A stretch of DNA of 64,000 nucleotides from contig WJME01000045.1 in NCBI GenBank assembly GCA_014728115.1, positions 120,775 through 184,774 on the forward strand. The letters run 5' to 3'. The stretch comes from Candidatus Zhuqueibacterota bacterium (GTDB lineage Bacteria; Zhuqueibacterota; Zhuqueibacteria; Residuimicrobiales; Oceaniaggregativiventaceae). Below, piece after piece: positions 8,523 to 19,304 of the stretch (positions are counted from its first letter, which is position 1; the number at the start of each line of letters is the position of its first letter). Below the pieces are notes generated by a model that searched no databases, was not told the DNA's origin, and worked only from the letters and a program-made list of their open reading frames with translations. A program made the translations under genes and the position numbers.

Positions 8523-9974
8523 ATGTCCGTGTTATCCGGATTAGAGCCACAACTGCTTTGGAAATTTTTTGATGAAATTCGAAAAATCCCCCATCCTTCT
8601 GGTAGTGAAGAAAAACTGGCCGAGTATGTAATTTCTTTGGCTAAAAAACAAAACCTGGATTATACCCAAGATGAGGTAGGAAACGTGGTTATTCGCAAAC
8701 CCGCCACTCCAGGTCATGAAAAATCCCCTGCCATTGTCTTACAATCGCATTTGGATATGGTAGGTGAAAAAAATTCAGACAAAGAATTTGATTTTGAGAC
8801 ACAGGCTATCGACATCAAGGTAGATGGCGAATGGCTCACTGCTGATGGAACCACACTCGGCTCGGATAATGGAGTGGGTATCGCTGCGGCCCTCGCTATC
8901 TTGCATGATGATTCTCTTGTACATGGCCCCATAGAAGCACTCTTTACCATCGATGAAGAAAGAGGGCTTGTGGGTGCACAATCTCTTTCACCTGATTTGT
9001 TAAAAGGCAGAAAGATGATCAATATGGACAGCGAAGAAATCGGCGTATTTAGTATCGGATGCGCTGGTGGGGCAGACTCTCATATCACGTTGCCGGTGCA
9101 ACGCAAGCCTGCTGAGAAAGATACTCTGGTCAAAATACATCTTTATGGGTTGCGCGGAGGTCATTCGGGGATCGATATTCACGAAGGGCGGGGAAATGCA
9201 TTAAAAATTCTCACCCGCCTTTTATTTCAGGTTCATAAACAAATTCCACTCGAGTTGCATTGCTTGAATGGCGGAGACAAGCATAACGCCATTCCCCGTG
9301 AAGCGACTGCACAAGTAGCAATACAAAAATCACAGGTCGCGGATCTGGAAAAATGGTTCGATGTGGCTATCAAAGATGTTCGTATTGAATTCGAACCCCT
9401 AGAAAAAAACATTTCTATTGCTATCGATGCTCTCGATACCCAGGTTCCCGCTGTCATGGAATTGGATTCTCAGAATACCTTTCTGGGTTTGATATTCGCC
9501 CTTCCTCATGGTCCTCTGGCATGGAGCAAAACGATTAAAGGCCTGGTAGAGACCTCCAACAATGTTGCCTCTATCAAATGTGCCGAAAACCAGATAAAGA
9601 TTCATCTGAGTAGTCGCAGCTCAAATCAAAGTGCATTACAGGCCACATTGGATAAGCTCGTGGCAATCACCCATCTGGCTGATGGTGCGATCGAACAACC
9701 TCCGGGTTATCCGGGATGGAGACCCAACCTTGATTCCGAAATCCTTCAGGTCGCTCTACAAGCATACAAAGAGGTGGCTGATAAAGAAGCGAGCTATGAA
9801 GCCATTCATGCAGGCCTGGAATGTGGCCTAATTGGTGAAAAATATTCGGGCATGGATATGATCTCTGTGGGGCCCACCATTAAACATCCCCACTCGCCAG
9901 ATGAAAGAGTACACATCGGATCAGTGGATCTCTTTTACAAACATGTCGTGAAAATGCTGGAAAAGCTGGCATAA
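8523..9974 (+). CDS. pepD: Xaa-His dipeptidase / aminoacyl-histidine dipeptidase (M20C)
   Basis: 'MSVLSGLEPQLLWKFFDEIRKIPHPS', 'HLDMVGEK'; GGAGGTG RBS at 8513-8519 supports ATG 8523 rather than the track's 8511. Confidence 0.8.
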   Translation: MSVLSGLEPQLLWKFFDEIRKIPHPSGSEEKLAEYVISLAKKQNLDYTQDEVGNVVIRKPATPGHEKSPAIVLQSHLDMVGEKNSDKEFDFETQAIDIKVDGEWLTADGTTLGSDNGVGIAAALAILHDDSLVHGPIEALFTIDEERGLVGAQSLSPDLLKGRKMINMDSEEIGVFSIGCAGGADSHITLPVQRKPAEKDTLVKIHLYGLRGGHSGIDIHEGRGNALKILTRLLFQVHKQIPLELHCLNGGDKHNAIPREATAQVAIQKSQVADLEKWFDVAIKDVRIEFEPLEKNISIAIDALDTQVPAVMELDSQNTFLGLIFALPHGPLAWSKTIKGLVETSNNVASIKCAENQIKIHLSSRSSNQSALQATLDKLVAITHLADGAIEQPPGYPGWRPNLDSEILQVALQAYKEVADKEASYEAIHAGLECGLIGEKYSGMDMISVGPTIKHPHSPDERVHIGSVDLFYKHVVKMLEKLA

Positions 9975-9978
9975 TTCT

Positions 9979-9997
9979 GGGGGGCCTCTGGCCCCCC
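9979..9997. terminator. GC-rich hairpin between convergent pepD and nagB (ggggggcc-tct-ggcccccc)
   Basis: 8-bp all-GC stem seen in sequence; weak T-run downstream on plus. Confidence 0.35.
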
Positions 9998-10002
9998 TAG
10001 AA

Positions 10003-10776
10003 CTATATTTTCCCTGCCGAACCCGGATCTAAAAAGAGGATGGCATGATCATGTGTTCGAAGGATGGATGCGGGACAATCCGTAGTAATGGGCCCATACA
10101 AAGCAGCCGCTACCGCATTCGCCTTTCTCTTATCAGGAACAACACAACTTAAATTTTCTGAACGCATAATAGCAGGAATGGTCAGACTCAATGCCAGAGT
10201 CGGTACCTCGTTCAAACTCTCAAACCATCCCTCCCCGACCTGTTGCATACGACAGGTTTTATCCAATTCGACGAGCTTGACCAACTCGGGATCAACAAAG
10301 TCCGCGACCGGAGGATCATTAAAGGCCAAGTGACCGTTTTCCCCAATTCCTATACAAGCCACATCTGCGGGATATTGTGTTAATTTTTCGGCATACTCGT
10401 TCATTTCTTTTTCCAGATTTTGGGCTTGCCCATTTAAAAACCAGATTTGCTTCGGATGTACCTTGTCCAGCATTCTCTCTTTTAAATTCTTTGCAAGACT
10501 TGCAGGATGATCAATGGATATTCCCTTGTATTCATCCAAATGGAACACTCTTATTTTGGACCACTCTAGATTGTCATGGTTCGCCAACGCGTCCAGAAAT
10601 TCAAATTGGGAGGCTCCCATAGAGAGAATCAGATTCGCTTCATTCCGTGTGTCGATTGCCTCCTGTAATTGAGCGGTTACCCATTCAGCAGCAGCCTTAC
10701 CGCCAAGAGTTTTGTTTTGATATATTTCAACCTCAAGTTTTTCGACCTGGAATGACTTGAAAGGTTCCATGGACAT
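10003..10776 (-). CDS. nagB: Glucosamine-6-phosphate deaminase family protein
   Basis: 'GIGENGHLAFNDP', 'LDEYKG' motifs. Confidence 0.75.
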   Translation of the reverse strand: MSMEPFKSFQVEKLEVEIYQNKTLGGKAAAEWVTAQLQEAIDTRNEANLILSMGASQFEFLDALANHDNLEWSKIRVFHLDEYKGISIDHPASLAKNLKERMLDKVHPKQIWFLNGQAQNLEKEMNEYAEKLTQYPADVACIGIGENGHLAFNDPPVADFVDPELVKLVELDKTCRMQQVGEGWFESLNEVPTLALSLTIPAIMRSENLSCVVPDKRKANAVAAALYGPITTDCPASILRTHDHAILFLDPGSAGKI

Positions 10777-10906
10777 CAGATCCTCCTTTCGCGTGTTTTG
10801 GATTTTATTGGTTTATCCTGTAACAATCGAGGAATCTTACACGTATGAAAAATACAAAATATTTATGTCATATTGATCATCTTTTCTCTTAAGGAGCACC
10901 TTCTTA

Positions 10907-12009
10907 TGGCACGAGTGAAAAAAAGGATAATCATTTGGGTTATAGTTGTTCTGGTTATTACTGTCCCTATTGCTTTTTTTGTCTTGAACGCGCGTAAAAG
11001 CAATACAGACAATGGGCCCAAAACAGTAGAGGTAAAAAGAGAAACAATTATTCAAAAAGCCCTCGCCGTAGGTTCAATTGAACCAGTAGATGAAATTGCT
11101 GTAAAATCAAAAATTTCTGGGGTGGTAGGCAAATTGTTTGCCGATGAAGGAGACTTTGTTCAAGCTGGCGCCCCGCTGCTGGAGGTAAAACCGGATCCCA
11201 CTCCACTCGAATTGGCAGAAGCAAAAAGAGATGTCGAACTCAAATCTATAGAATTGGAAAATCTCAAGCGAGAACTCGGTCGACAAAAAGAATTAAAGAC
11301 CCGGGGATTGATTTCCGATCAGGAATACGAAAACCTTGAACGTATTTTCGATGAAGCGAAATTGCGTCATCAGATCTCTTCCGAACGATTGGCGTTGCTC
11401 GAAAAAGGAAAAGTTCGGATTGCCAACACCAATATAGAAACGGTTGTAAAAGCGCCGATTACCGGATATATCCTCCAGGTGGCTATTAATCAGGGCGACC
11501 CGGTCGTTCCTTTAACCTCCTACCAAGCTGGCACGGATTTGATGAAAATGGCAGATATGAATAAACTCATTTTCAAAGGAACTGTTGATGAAATCGATGT
11601 CGGTAAAATTCAGGAAGGCTTGCCTGTAGAATTACAAATCGGTGCCCTGCCAGGGAAAGAGATTAAAGGTAAAGTCTCGTTAATATCACTCAAGGCACTC
11701 AAAGAAGACAATACCACTGTGTTTCCGGTGGAAATTACGATTACCGACAAACAAGAATCAACTCTGAGGGCCGGATTCTCGGCCAATGCAAATATTATCA
11801 TTGCCAAAAAACAGGATGTTCTTACCATTCCCGAACGTGTAATCACATTTAGAAACGACTCTGCATTCGTTCATCTTCCGTCTCCAGAGGGCGAACCCAA
11901 AGAACGCTTTATTGAAACCGGCTTGAGTGATGCCATCCAGATCCAGGTTATCTCCGGATTGAATGAAGGAGATAAAGTGTTGGAAAAAAAGGTCAAAGAA
12001 ATTATTTAA
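10907..12009 (+). CDS. Efflux transporter periplasmic adaptor subunit (HlyD/MacA family)
   Basis: N-terminal TM, coiled-coil, beta-barrel/lipoyl-like domains; AAGGAG RBS at 10892-10897 supports ATG 10907 (track start 10873 lacks an RBS). Confidence 0.8.
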
Positions 12010-12023
12010 AAAAAGGATAGAGC

Positions 12024-13259
12024 ATGTCGTATTGGTCTGATCTGATAAAAGAAATTTTCCACTATTTGCGAATGTACAAAGGTCGCACCTTTATGACCCT
12101 TTTTGGCATCACGTGGGGCACGATCAGTATCATTGTTCTTTTGGCATTTGGTGTGGGATTGCAAAAGTCCATGAGCAAAAATATGCATGGCATTGGCGAA
12201 GGAATTGCGATCATGTTCCCCGGTCGCACGGGTATGGCGTTCGAAGGCTATGGCCGTGGACGACAAATGCGCTTTATGGATGAGGACGCAGAACTTTTGC
12301 GAAACAATATCCCCAATATCAGGGCCATTACCGCTGAATATTCAAGGTGGGGAACGATGGTTAGAGTGGCTGATCGAAAAATCAGTCCCAACATCACAGG
12401 CGTGAATGTCGAATACAGCACGATGCGACATGTACTGCCCCGGCCAGGGGGAAGATTTATCAATCAACTCGATATGGAACAAAAACGTCGCGTTGCCTTT
12501 ATCGGTGACAATCTCAAAGAATATCTCTTTAAAAAAGAGGACGCGATTAACAAATATATCTATATTGGCGATTCGCCCTTTTTGGTCATTGGCGTTTTGA
12601 AAAAAAAGACTCAAAATTCTTCCTATAATTCTCGCGATACAGACCGAGTTTTTATTCCCTCCACAACCTTTAAATCGATCTTTGGTGATCGTTATGCCAA
12701 CAATATTGTTTATCAATTACGTGATTCTCGTTTCAACAAAGAAACCCGAGACAAAGTTTACCAGGTCCTCGGGAACAAATACCGTTTTGATCCCAAAGAT
12801 ACCCAGGCAATAAACATCTGGGATACTTCAGAAATGGACAAGTTTATTTTTTATTTTTCCCTGGGCTTTAACATCTTTATGGGACTGATCGGGTTTATGA
12901 CATTAACCGTTGGGGGAATCGGGCTGGCAAATATTATGTACGTGGTCGTGCAGGAACGCACCCGGGAAATCGGCATACGACGCTCAGTCGGAGCAAAACG
13001 TTCTCATATCCGCGCACATTTTATCCTCGAGGCTATGATCATCATTTCGATTGGAGCTGCAATGGGATTTTTGCTCTCGATGCTCCTGGTAAAACTCATC
13101 GCTATGGCTCCGTATGAAGATTTTGTCGGCGATCCGACCATTTCATGGGGAGTGGCAATCGTTGCGATTTCGATATTAGGGTTAATAGGCTTAGCTGCAG
13201 GCTATTTTCCGGCACGTCGCGCAGCAAATATGGTCGTTATTGATAGTCTAAGAGCTTGA
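12024..13259 (+). CDS. ABC transporter permease, MacB/FtsX family (MacB_PCD + FtsX)
   Basis: N-terminal TM, large periplasmic domain, three C-terminal TM helices with 'ERTREIGIRRSVGA'. Confidence 0.8.
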   Translation: MSYWSDLIKEIFHYLRMYKGRTFMTLFGITWGTISIIVLLAFGVGLQKSMSKNMHGIGEGIAIMFPGRTGMAFEGYGRGRQMRFMDEDAELLRNNIPNIRAITAEYSRWGTMVRVADRKISPNITGVNVEYSTMRHVLPRPGGRFINQLDMEQKRRVAFIGDNLKEYLFKKEDAINKYIYIGDSPFLVIGVLKKKTQNSSYNSRDTDRVFIPSTTFKSIFGDRYANNIVYQLRDSRFNKETRDKVYQVLGNKYRFDPKDTQAINIWDTSEMDKFIFYFSLGFNIFMGLIGFMTLTVGGIGLANIMYVVVQERTREIGIRRSVGAKRSHIRAHFILEAMIIISIGAAMGFLLSMLLVKLIAMAPYEDFVGDPTISWGVAIVAISILGLIGLAAGYFPARRAANMVVIDSLRA

Positions 13260-13272
13260 TCGGAGAGTTGTT

Positions 13273-14520
13273 ATGCCCATTTTTATATTATTGCGGGAAT
13301 TTATTCAGGATTTGAAAAAACAAAAAACCCGCGCGTTTCTCACAACATTTGCCATTACATGGGGCACGCTGGCCGTTATCCTTCTCATGTCATTCGGCGA
13401 CGGGTTACATTTCAGAATGCGCGAAGGATTATTGAACGCAGCAGATCGTATCATTACAGTGTACGGCTCACAAACCCGAATCAAATATCAAGGACTCCCG
13501 GTCGGCCGTCGAATTCGCTTTACCGAGCTGGATATCGATTTGCTTAAAAAAAGTATACCAGAAATTTCCGCAGTCAGTCCGCAACTGGGCAGATATAACA
13601 CACAATTGAGGAATGGAGATAAAACTGCCCTGACCTATATGGAAGGTGTTTATCCCAGCTTCGAATTCATGAGACGAATGTATCCCGCCCAAGGAGGGCG
13701 CTTTTTAGATGCTCTGGATCTGGAAGAAAAACGTAGAGTGGTTTTTTTGGGTTCTGTCATTGCTAGAGAATTATTCGGCGATAAAGATCCGATCGGAAAA
13801 ATGACTTCCATAGATGGCATCCCCTTTAAGGTTGTGGGCGTGATGCCGAAAAAAATGCAGACTTCTATGAGTAATGGACCGGATGACCGGCGGGCAGTTA
13901 TTCCTTATTCAACTTTTCAAAGTATTTATGGTTATCGGTATCTAAACAGCATGGTGATCAAACCACAAAATGACCGCGAAACCGACCTGTTGGTTCAGGA
14001 AATATATCGAGTGTTGGGCAGAAAACACCGGTTCGATCCCGCTGACAAGGAAGCACTTAGCATTTGGGATATGAACGAAGCTATCGAGATCCAGGACAAG
14101 GTGTTTCTGGGTCTCAAGATCTTTCTCGGAGTGCTTGGGGCCATGACCCTTGTCGTTGCCGGAGTGGGGGTTGCTAACATCATGTATGTTGTGGTTAAGG
14201 AACGCACCCGTGAAATCGGTATCAAACGAGCCGTGGGTGCCAAACGCCGTCACATTATGGCGCAAATTATCTTTGAATCTCTATTGATCGCATTCATCGG
14301 CGGTCTTACCGGTGCCTTGCTGGCCAAAGGCCTTATTTCATTGATCTGGATGATGCCGGCCAGTGAAGGAGCCATGCAATTCCTGGGCCGCCCCCTTATG
14401 TCTCCCAAAGTAGTATTCATTGCCGGATCCGTGTTAGGGATCATCGGCCTAATGGCTGGCTTTTTTCCTGCCAGAAAAGCAGCCAGAATCGACCCGGTAG
14501 AAGCTCTGAGATATGAATAA
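13273..14520 (+). CDS. ABC transporter permease, MacB/FtsX family (paralog)
   Basis: Same architecture, 'ERTREIGIKRAVGA'. Confidence 0.8.
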   Translation: MPIFILLREFIQDLKKQKTRAFLTTFAITWGTLAVILLMSFGDGLHFRMREGLLNAADRIITVYGSQTRIKYQGLPVGRRIRFTELDIDLLKKSIPEISAVSPQLGRYNTQLRNGDKTALTYMEGVYPSFEFMRRMYPAQGGRFLDALDLEEKRRVVFLGSVIARELFGDKDPIGKMTSIDGIPFKVVGVMPKKMQTSMSNGPDDRRAVIPYSTFQSIYGYRYLNSMVIKPQNDRETDLLVQEIYRVLGRKHRFDPADKEALSIWDMNEAIEIQDKVFLGLKIFLGVLGAMTLVVAGVGVANIMYVVVKERTREIGIKRAVGAKRRHIMAQIIFESLLIAFIGGLTGALLAKGLISLIWMMPASEGAMQFLGRPLMSPKVVFIAGSVLGIIGLMAGFFPARKAARIDPVEALRYE

Positions 14521-14714
14521 AGACTGAATCCTTACCCATTCCCCTGCCTATCGAAAATCAAGGGAAAGAGATTCGTGATGAAAATCTTTCCCTTGCGAAT
14601 GGTTTAAAAATCATTTAAACTATATTCTTGAAATTTTCTTGTTTCTGGTCATTTAACAGGATTTAAAACAGAAATTAAATTGTTGTTTAAGAAAAATTTT
14701 AGATCGGAAAACAA

Positions 14715-17564
14715 ATGAAATCTTTGTCTCTTTTTATATTGATATTTAGCACGTTTCAACTGGTCAGTGCAACCGTGCAAAACTCGTTCTCCACCTCTAC
14801 CCCCCCAATAATGCCGGATCGAGTAATCGTAAAACTCAACTCATTCGAGCTGAACAAAAGAGCACTGGGCGCTGAAAGCACTTTATCGATATTACAAAAA
14901 ACCTATGGATTGACAAGCGCTAAAAGCGTATTTCCTCTTGCTATTCGTTCCAAATATCCGTCAATGAATTTTATATACGAGGTGACATTTTCACACAAGG
15001 AACCACACTCTGTAGCCAAAGACCTCGAAAATGAGCCTATGGTCCTCTATGCAGAACCGCGCTACCTGCGGAATATCCGCGCCATTCCCAATGATACGCT
15101 TTTCTCTCGTCAGGATTACTTGCAATTTATCAACGTCCTCCCAGCATGGGATGCAATCAGAGCTGAACAGGGCGATGTCGTTATTGCTATCGTTGATGGA
15201 GGGACCGATATTAATCATGTCGATCTCGAGCCTGTTCTCTGGCAAAATCCAAATGAAATCGCGGGCAACGGAATCGATGATGATGGCAATGGATTTGTGG
15301 ATGATATCGTGGGGTGGAATTTTCCCCTTGATAATAATGATCCTTCCGGACTCGTCACGCAGCCCGGGAACTCTGAACACGGAACACATGTGGCCGGAAT
15401 TGCTGCAGCAACGACCAATAATACCGCCGGGGTTGCAGGAATAAGTTGGAATGCCCGGCTGATGGCGATCAATGCGGCCAGTGCGACCAGAGATAACGCC
15501 ATCGCCTATGGTTATGAGGGGATATTATATGCCGCAATCAATGGAGCGAAAATCATCAGTTGTAGCTGGGGTGCACTTGGAGGACGCTCAGATTTCGAAC
15601 AGGAAGTGATCACCACCGCCACGGACCTGGGAGCTGTCGTCGTGGCGGCAAGTGGAAATGATAACTCGGAAGCCTTTCATTATCCTTCCAGTTATGAGAA
15701 TGTCTTTTCCGTTGCAGCTGTCGGAAATAATGGCTCCAAGGCGAGCTATAGCAATTTTGGATATACGATAGATATCGCAGCACCCGGAAATTCCATCTAT
15801 AATACCATTCCAAATGATGAATACGGTTACATCAGCGGTACCTCTATGGCCACACCCGTGATCAGTGGTGCCTTGGCGCTTATTGCCACCCAACGTCCAG
15901 ACTGGAGCGGAATTAAAGTCGCTGAACAATTGCGCGTCACCGCCAATAAGATCGATAATCAAAATCCTTCATATCAATTCAAACTGGGCAAAGGAATGCT
16001 TGATGTAAATCGAGCAATTACAGAGACTCTGCCTTCTCTAAGAATCTCGAATGTAGAATTTGTAGACAATGATGGGAGCGGGATTATCGATCCAGGTGAA
16101 TTAATTCAGGTTTCTATTTCACTGACCAACCATCTGGCCAGTGCATCAAACATCTCTTTGACCTTGAGTTCTCAAAGCCCTTACGTAACCATTACTCAGG
16201 CGAATGCACAAGTAACAGCGATTAACGAGACGGAAACCATAACCGTGCAGACTCCTTTTACATTCACAACATCAGATACCACTGCAAGTGGTACACCGAT
16301 AGATTTTATTTTACAAATGTCTGCAGGAGATTATCAGGACTTTGATACGTTCATGCTCACCGTTTCTCCTCTTTTTGGGGTAATCAGTATCAATAATATT
16401 GAAACTTCGGTGACACCAATAGGACGAATCGGGTATGCTGATGTGGATAATCAGGATGAAGGAAATGGCTTCAAATTTGCACAAGGACCCAATTTACTTT
16501 TTGAAGGAGCGGTTATTTGCGGGGTGGGTCCAGATCAAATTTCAAATGCTGCGCGAGGAAATGTGACCGGCCAACTGATCTATGACAGGGATTTTAGCAC
16601 GACCAAAAATGGCAATCTTCAGGTCTTTACACCCGGTTCTCTAACTGATCAGGAAACCATCGCAATTTTTGACGATTCACAGTCAGCCAATCCCATGAAT
16701 GTTCAAATCGTACAGGAAACCTTTGCCAATAACGATAGTCTTTCTCAAGATTTTATCATTTTTAGATATACCATCGAAAATAAAGGACAAAATGAATTGA
16801 ACAATTTCCACTTTGGCCTTTTTTTCGACTGGGACATGGATGGCGGAACCTTTGATACCAATATTGCGGATTTTGATGCGACAAACAACATTGCATATGT
16901 GTATGATGTCAGTGATATCGGGCCTGATACCTTTGTGGGTATTGCAGCTATGACAGAAAAAAGTGTCTTTTCGCGCGCAATTTATAACGACGAGTCGCTG
17001 AGTTCTAATCCCAGCTGGGGAATCTATGATGGATTTTCGGATCAGGAAAAATGGGAAGCCATATCGACTCGAAACCTGCTTTCCGCAGGTCCTGCAGATA
17101 TATCCCACGCGATCGCTGCAGGACCTTTTGATATCGCAGTGAATGAAAAGATCCAACCTGTATTCGTCCTCATGGCTGGCCAATCACTTGAAGATTTACA
17201 AACAAAGGCCGATGCCGCAAAAGACCTTTATATGGAACTGTTTGAAACCTCGGTACAATCCCCCACAGGTAATCAGACCATGCCGCAAAAGCTGACCCTG
17301 TATCCCAATTATCCAAATCCCTTTAATCCAACCACAGAAATACAGTATCATCTGCCAGGCACGACCGACGTTCAATTGTCGATTTATAATTTGCTGGGAC
17401 AAAAAGTAATCACTCTTGTGGATCAAAATCAAGTGCGGGGAACCTATGCGGTTACCTGGGATGGAATGGATAGCAACGGTAATCAGGCTGCCAGTGGATT
17501 ATATTTTATGGAACTCACAACCCATCATCATACCTTGCGACGCAAAATGATGCTCACACGTTAA
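14715..17564 (+). CDS. S8 (subtilisin) serine peptidase with T9SS type-A C-terminal sorting domain
   Basis: Catalytic triad blocks 'AIVDGGTD', 'HGTHVAGI', 'GTSMATPVISG'; signal peptide; C-terminal '...LYPNYPNPFNPTTEIQYHL...SGLYFMEL'. Confidence 0.85.
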   Translation: MKSLSLFILIFSTFQLVSATVQNSFSTSTPPIMPDRVIVKLNSFELNKRALGAESTLSILQKTYGLTSAKSVFPLAIRSKYPSMNFIYEVTFSHKEPHSVAKDLENEPMVLYAEPRYLRNIRAIPNDTLFSRQDYLQFINVLPAWDAIRAEQGDVVIAIVDGGTDINHVDLEPVLWQNPNEIAGNGIDDDGNGFVDDIVGWNFPLDNNDPSGLVTQPGNSEHGTHVAGIAAATTNNTAGVAGISWNARLMAINAASATRDNAIAYGYEGILYAAINGAKIISCSWGALGGRSDFEQEVITTATDLGAVVVAASGNDNSEAFHYPSSYENVFSVAAVGNNGSKASYSNFGYTIDIAAPGNSIYNTIPNDEYGYISGTSMATPVISGALALIATQRPDWSGIKVAEQLRVTANKIDNQNPSYQFKLGKGMLDVNRAITETLPSLRISNVEFVDNDGSGIIDPGELIQVSISLTNHLASASNISLTLSSQSPYVTITQANAQVTAINETETITVQTPFTFTTSDTTASGTPIDFILQMSAGDYQDFDTFMLTVSPLFGVISINNIETSVTPIGRIGYADVDNQDEGNGFKFAQGPNLLFEGAVICGVGPDQISNAARGNVTGQLIYDRDFSTTKNGNLQVFTPGSLTDQETIAIFDDSQSANPMNVQIVQETFANNDSLSQDFIIFRYTIENKGQNELNNFHFGLFFDWDMDGGTFDTNIADFDATNNIAYVYDVSDIGPDTFVGIAAMTEKSVFSRAIYNDESLSSNPSWGIYDGFSDQEKWEAISTRNLLSAGPADISHAIAAGPFDIAVNEKIQPVFVLMAGQSLEDLQTKADAAKDLYMELFETSVQSPTGNQTMPQKLTLYPNYPNPFNPTTEIQYHLPGTTDVQLSIYNLLGQKVITLVDQNQVRGTYAVTWDGMDSNGNQAASGLYFMELTTHHHTLRRKMMLTR

Positions 17565-17571
17565 AAGCCCC

Positions 17572-17605
17572 CCCGCCTTTGCTGGCAAAGGCGGGAGCTT
17601 TTTTT
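17572..17605 (+). terminator. Rho-independent terminator after the S8 peptidase gene
   Basis: cccgcctttgc / gcaaaggcggg stem then TTTTTTT (17599-17605). Confidence 0.7.
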
Positions 17606-17695
17606 AGCTGCAAATTTTCTTGTATCCCTCTATTTATTTTTGTATTATTTGATATTTAATCGATTCCAGGTTCACTTTATCAAGGACATGAACTC

Positions 17696-18322
17696 ATGAA
17701 TGGACTGATCATCATCCAGCATCCGCTAATTCAGCATAAATTGACACACCTTCGCGACCGCAAAACCGATCATATGGTATTCAGACGCCTGACCAAAGAA
17801 CTCACCGGATTTATGCTCTATGAAGTCATGAAAGATTATCCGTTAAAAGACATTACCATTGAAACCCCTCTTATAAAATGCCAATCCCATGTCCTTGCCA
17901 GGGAAATCTCTATTATCTTGATCCTTCGTGCAGGACTGGGCATGGTCGATGGTCTCTTGGATCTTGTGCCCTCTGCACGCGTTGGCCATATTGGTCTTTA
18001 TCGCAACGAAGAAACCCTGGAACCCATAGAATATTATATGAAACTCCCAAACAGTATAGCAAACACCGATGTCATACTTGTGGATCCCATGCTGGCAACC
18101 GGGGGGTCTGCAGCAAAGGCGATAGAACTCTTGAAAAAATCGGGTGCACAGTCGATAAAATTTGTATGCATGGTGGCTGCTCCAGAGGGAGTCCAAAACT
18201 TGCGCAAACAGCATCCTGACGTCTCGATCTATACAGCTGCCCTGGATGAAAAATTAAATGAGCAAGGGTATATCCTGCCCGGGTTAGGAGATGCAGGAGA
18301 TCGTCTGTTCGGCACAAAATAA
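17696..18322 (+). CDS. upp: Uracil phosphoribosyltransferase
   Basis: '[15 protein letters not shown]' and PRPP-binding '[13 protein letters not shown]'. Confidence 0.85.
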   Translation: MNGLIIIQHPLIQHKLTHLRDRKTDHMVFRRLTKELTGFMLYEVMKDYPLKDITIETPLIKCQSHVLAREISIILILRAGLGMVDGLLDLVPSARVGHIGLYRNEETLEPIEYYMKLPNSIANTDVILVDPMLATGGSAAKAIELLKKSGAQSIKFVCMVAAPEGVQNLRKQHPDVSIYTAALDEKLNEQGYILPGLGDAGDRLFGTK

Positions 18323-18354
18323 TTTTTCATCTCTATCACCCGAAAGCAAAACCT

Positions 18355-19302
18355 ATGTTCTTCCCATCTCTAAATGCGATCAAAGCTGCTCATTCGTTGA
18401 TACGTCCACTTATCGAGCGAACGCCGATTCTGCATCATCCTGCGATCGACACAATTGCAGGTCGCAAGGTCTTTTTTAAATGTGAAAATTTGCAGCCCAC
18501 GGGAGCATTCAAGATACGGGGTGCAACTCACGCTGTACTCAGTTTGGACAAAAAGCAAGCTGAAAACGGAGTAGCTACACATTCCTCTGGTAATCACGCC
18601 ATCGCCTTGGCCTATGCTGCTGCAAAAAACAACATCGATTCGTTTATTGTCATGCCTCATACGGCCCCAGCCATCAAAAAACAGCTCGTACAAGAGTATG
18701 GTGCCAGGATCACATTTTGCGAGCCGACTTTGAAATCCAGGGAAGAAACATTGCAATCGATCCAGCAAAAAACAGGCGCCGTATTCATTCATCCATACAA
18801 CAATGAACAGGTTATCATGGGCCAGGCAACTGTTGCCCTGGAGATATTCGATCAAATATCGGAGCCTCAGACGATTATAGCCCCTGTCGGAGGCGGGGGC
18901 CTGATGAGCGGGATATGCCTGGCAGGTTCACAACTCTCTTCAAGGATTCGCTTTATAGCAGCAGAGCCTCAAAAAGCTGATGATGCCTATCGCTCCCTCA
19001 AAACCGGCAAAATACAACCCTCATTCGACCCCCAGACCATTGCCGATGGTCTTAAAACCTCGCTGGGAGACAAAACATTTCCGATCATTCAGCGTTATGT
19101 TGATGACATCATCTTGTGCAGCGAACAATCCATTGTTGAGGCAATGAAAATGATATGGCAACGCTTGCATATCATCATCGAACCCTCTGCAGCTGTACCT
19201 TTTGCCGCTTTGCTTGAAAATCCAGACAAAATTAAAAGCCAAACCATAGTACTGGTCCTTTCGGGGGGCAATGTCGATTTTGATCGTTTACCATGGAATT
19301 GA
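18355..19302 (+). CDS. PLP-dependent threonine/serine dehydratase family enzyme (serine-racemase-like)
   Basis: 'FKIRGATHAV', 'SSGNHAIALAYAA', Gly-rich 'PVGGGGLMSG'. Confidence 0.7.
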   Translation: MFFPSLNAIKAAHSLIRPLIERTPILHHPAIDTIAGRKVFFKCENLQPTGAFKIRGATHAVLSLDKKQAENGVATHSSGNHAIALAYAAAKNNIDSFIVMPHTAPAIKKQLVQEYGARITFCEPTLKSREETLQSIQQKTGAVFIHPYNNEQVIMGQATVALEIFDQISEPQTIIAPVGGGGLMSGICLAGSQLSSRIRFIAAEPQKADDAYRSLKTGKIQPSFDPQTIADGLKTSLGDKTFPIIQRYVDDIILCSEQSIVEAMKMIWQRLHIIIEPSAAVPFAALLENPDKIKSQTIVLVLSGGNVDFDRLPWN

Positions 19303-19304
19303 AC

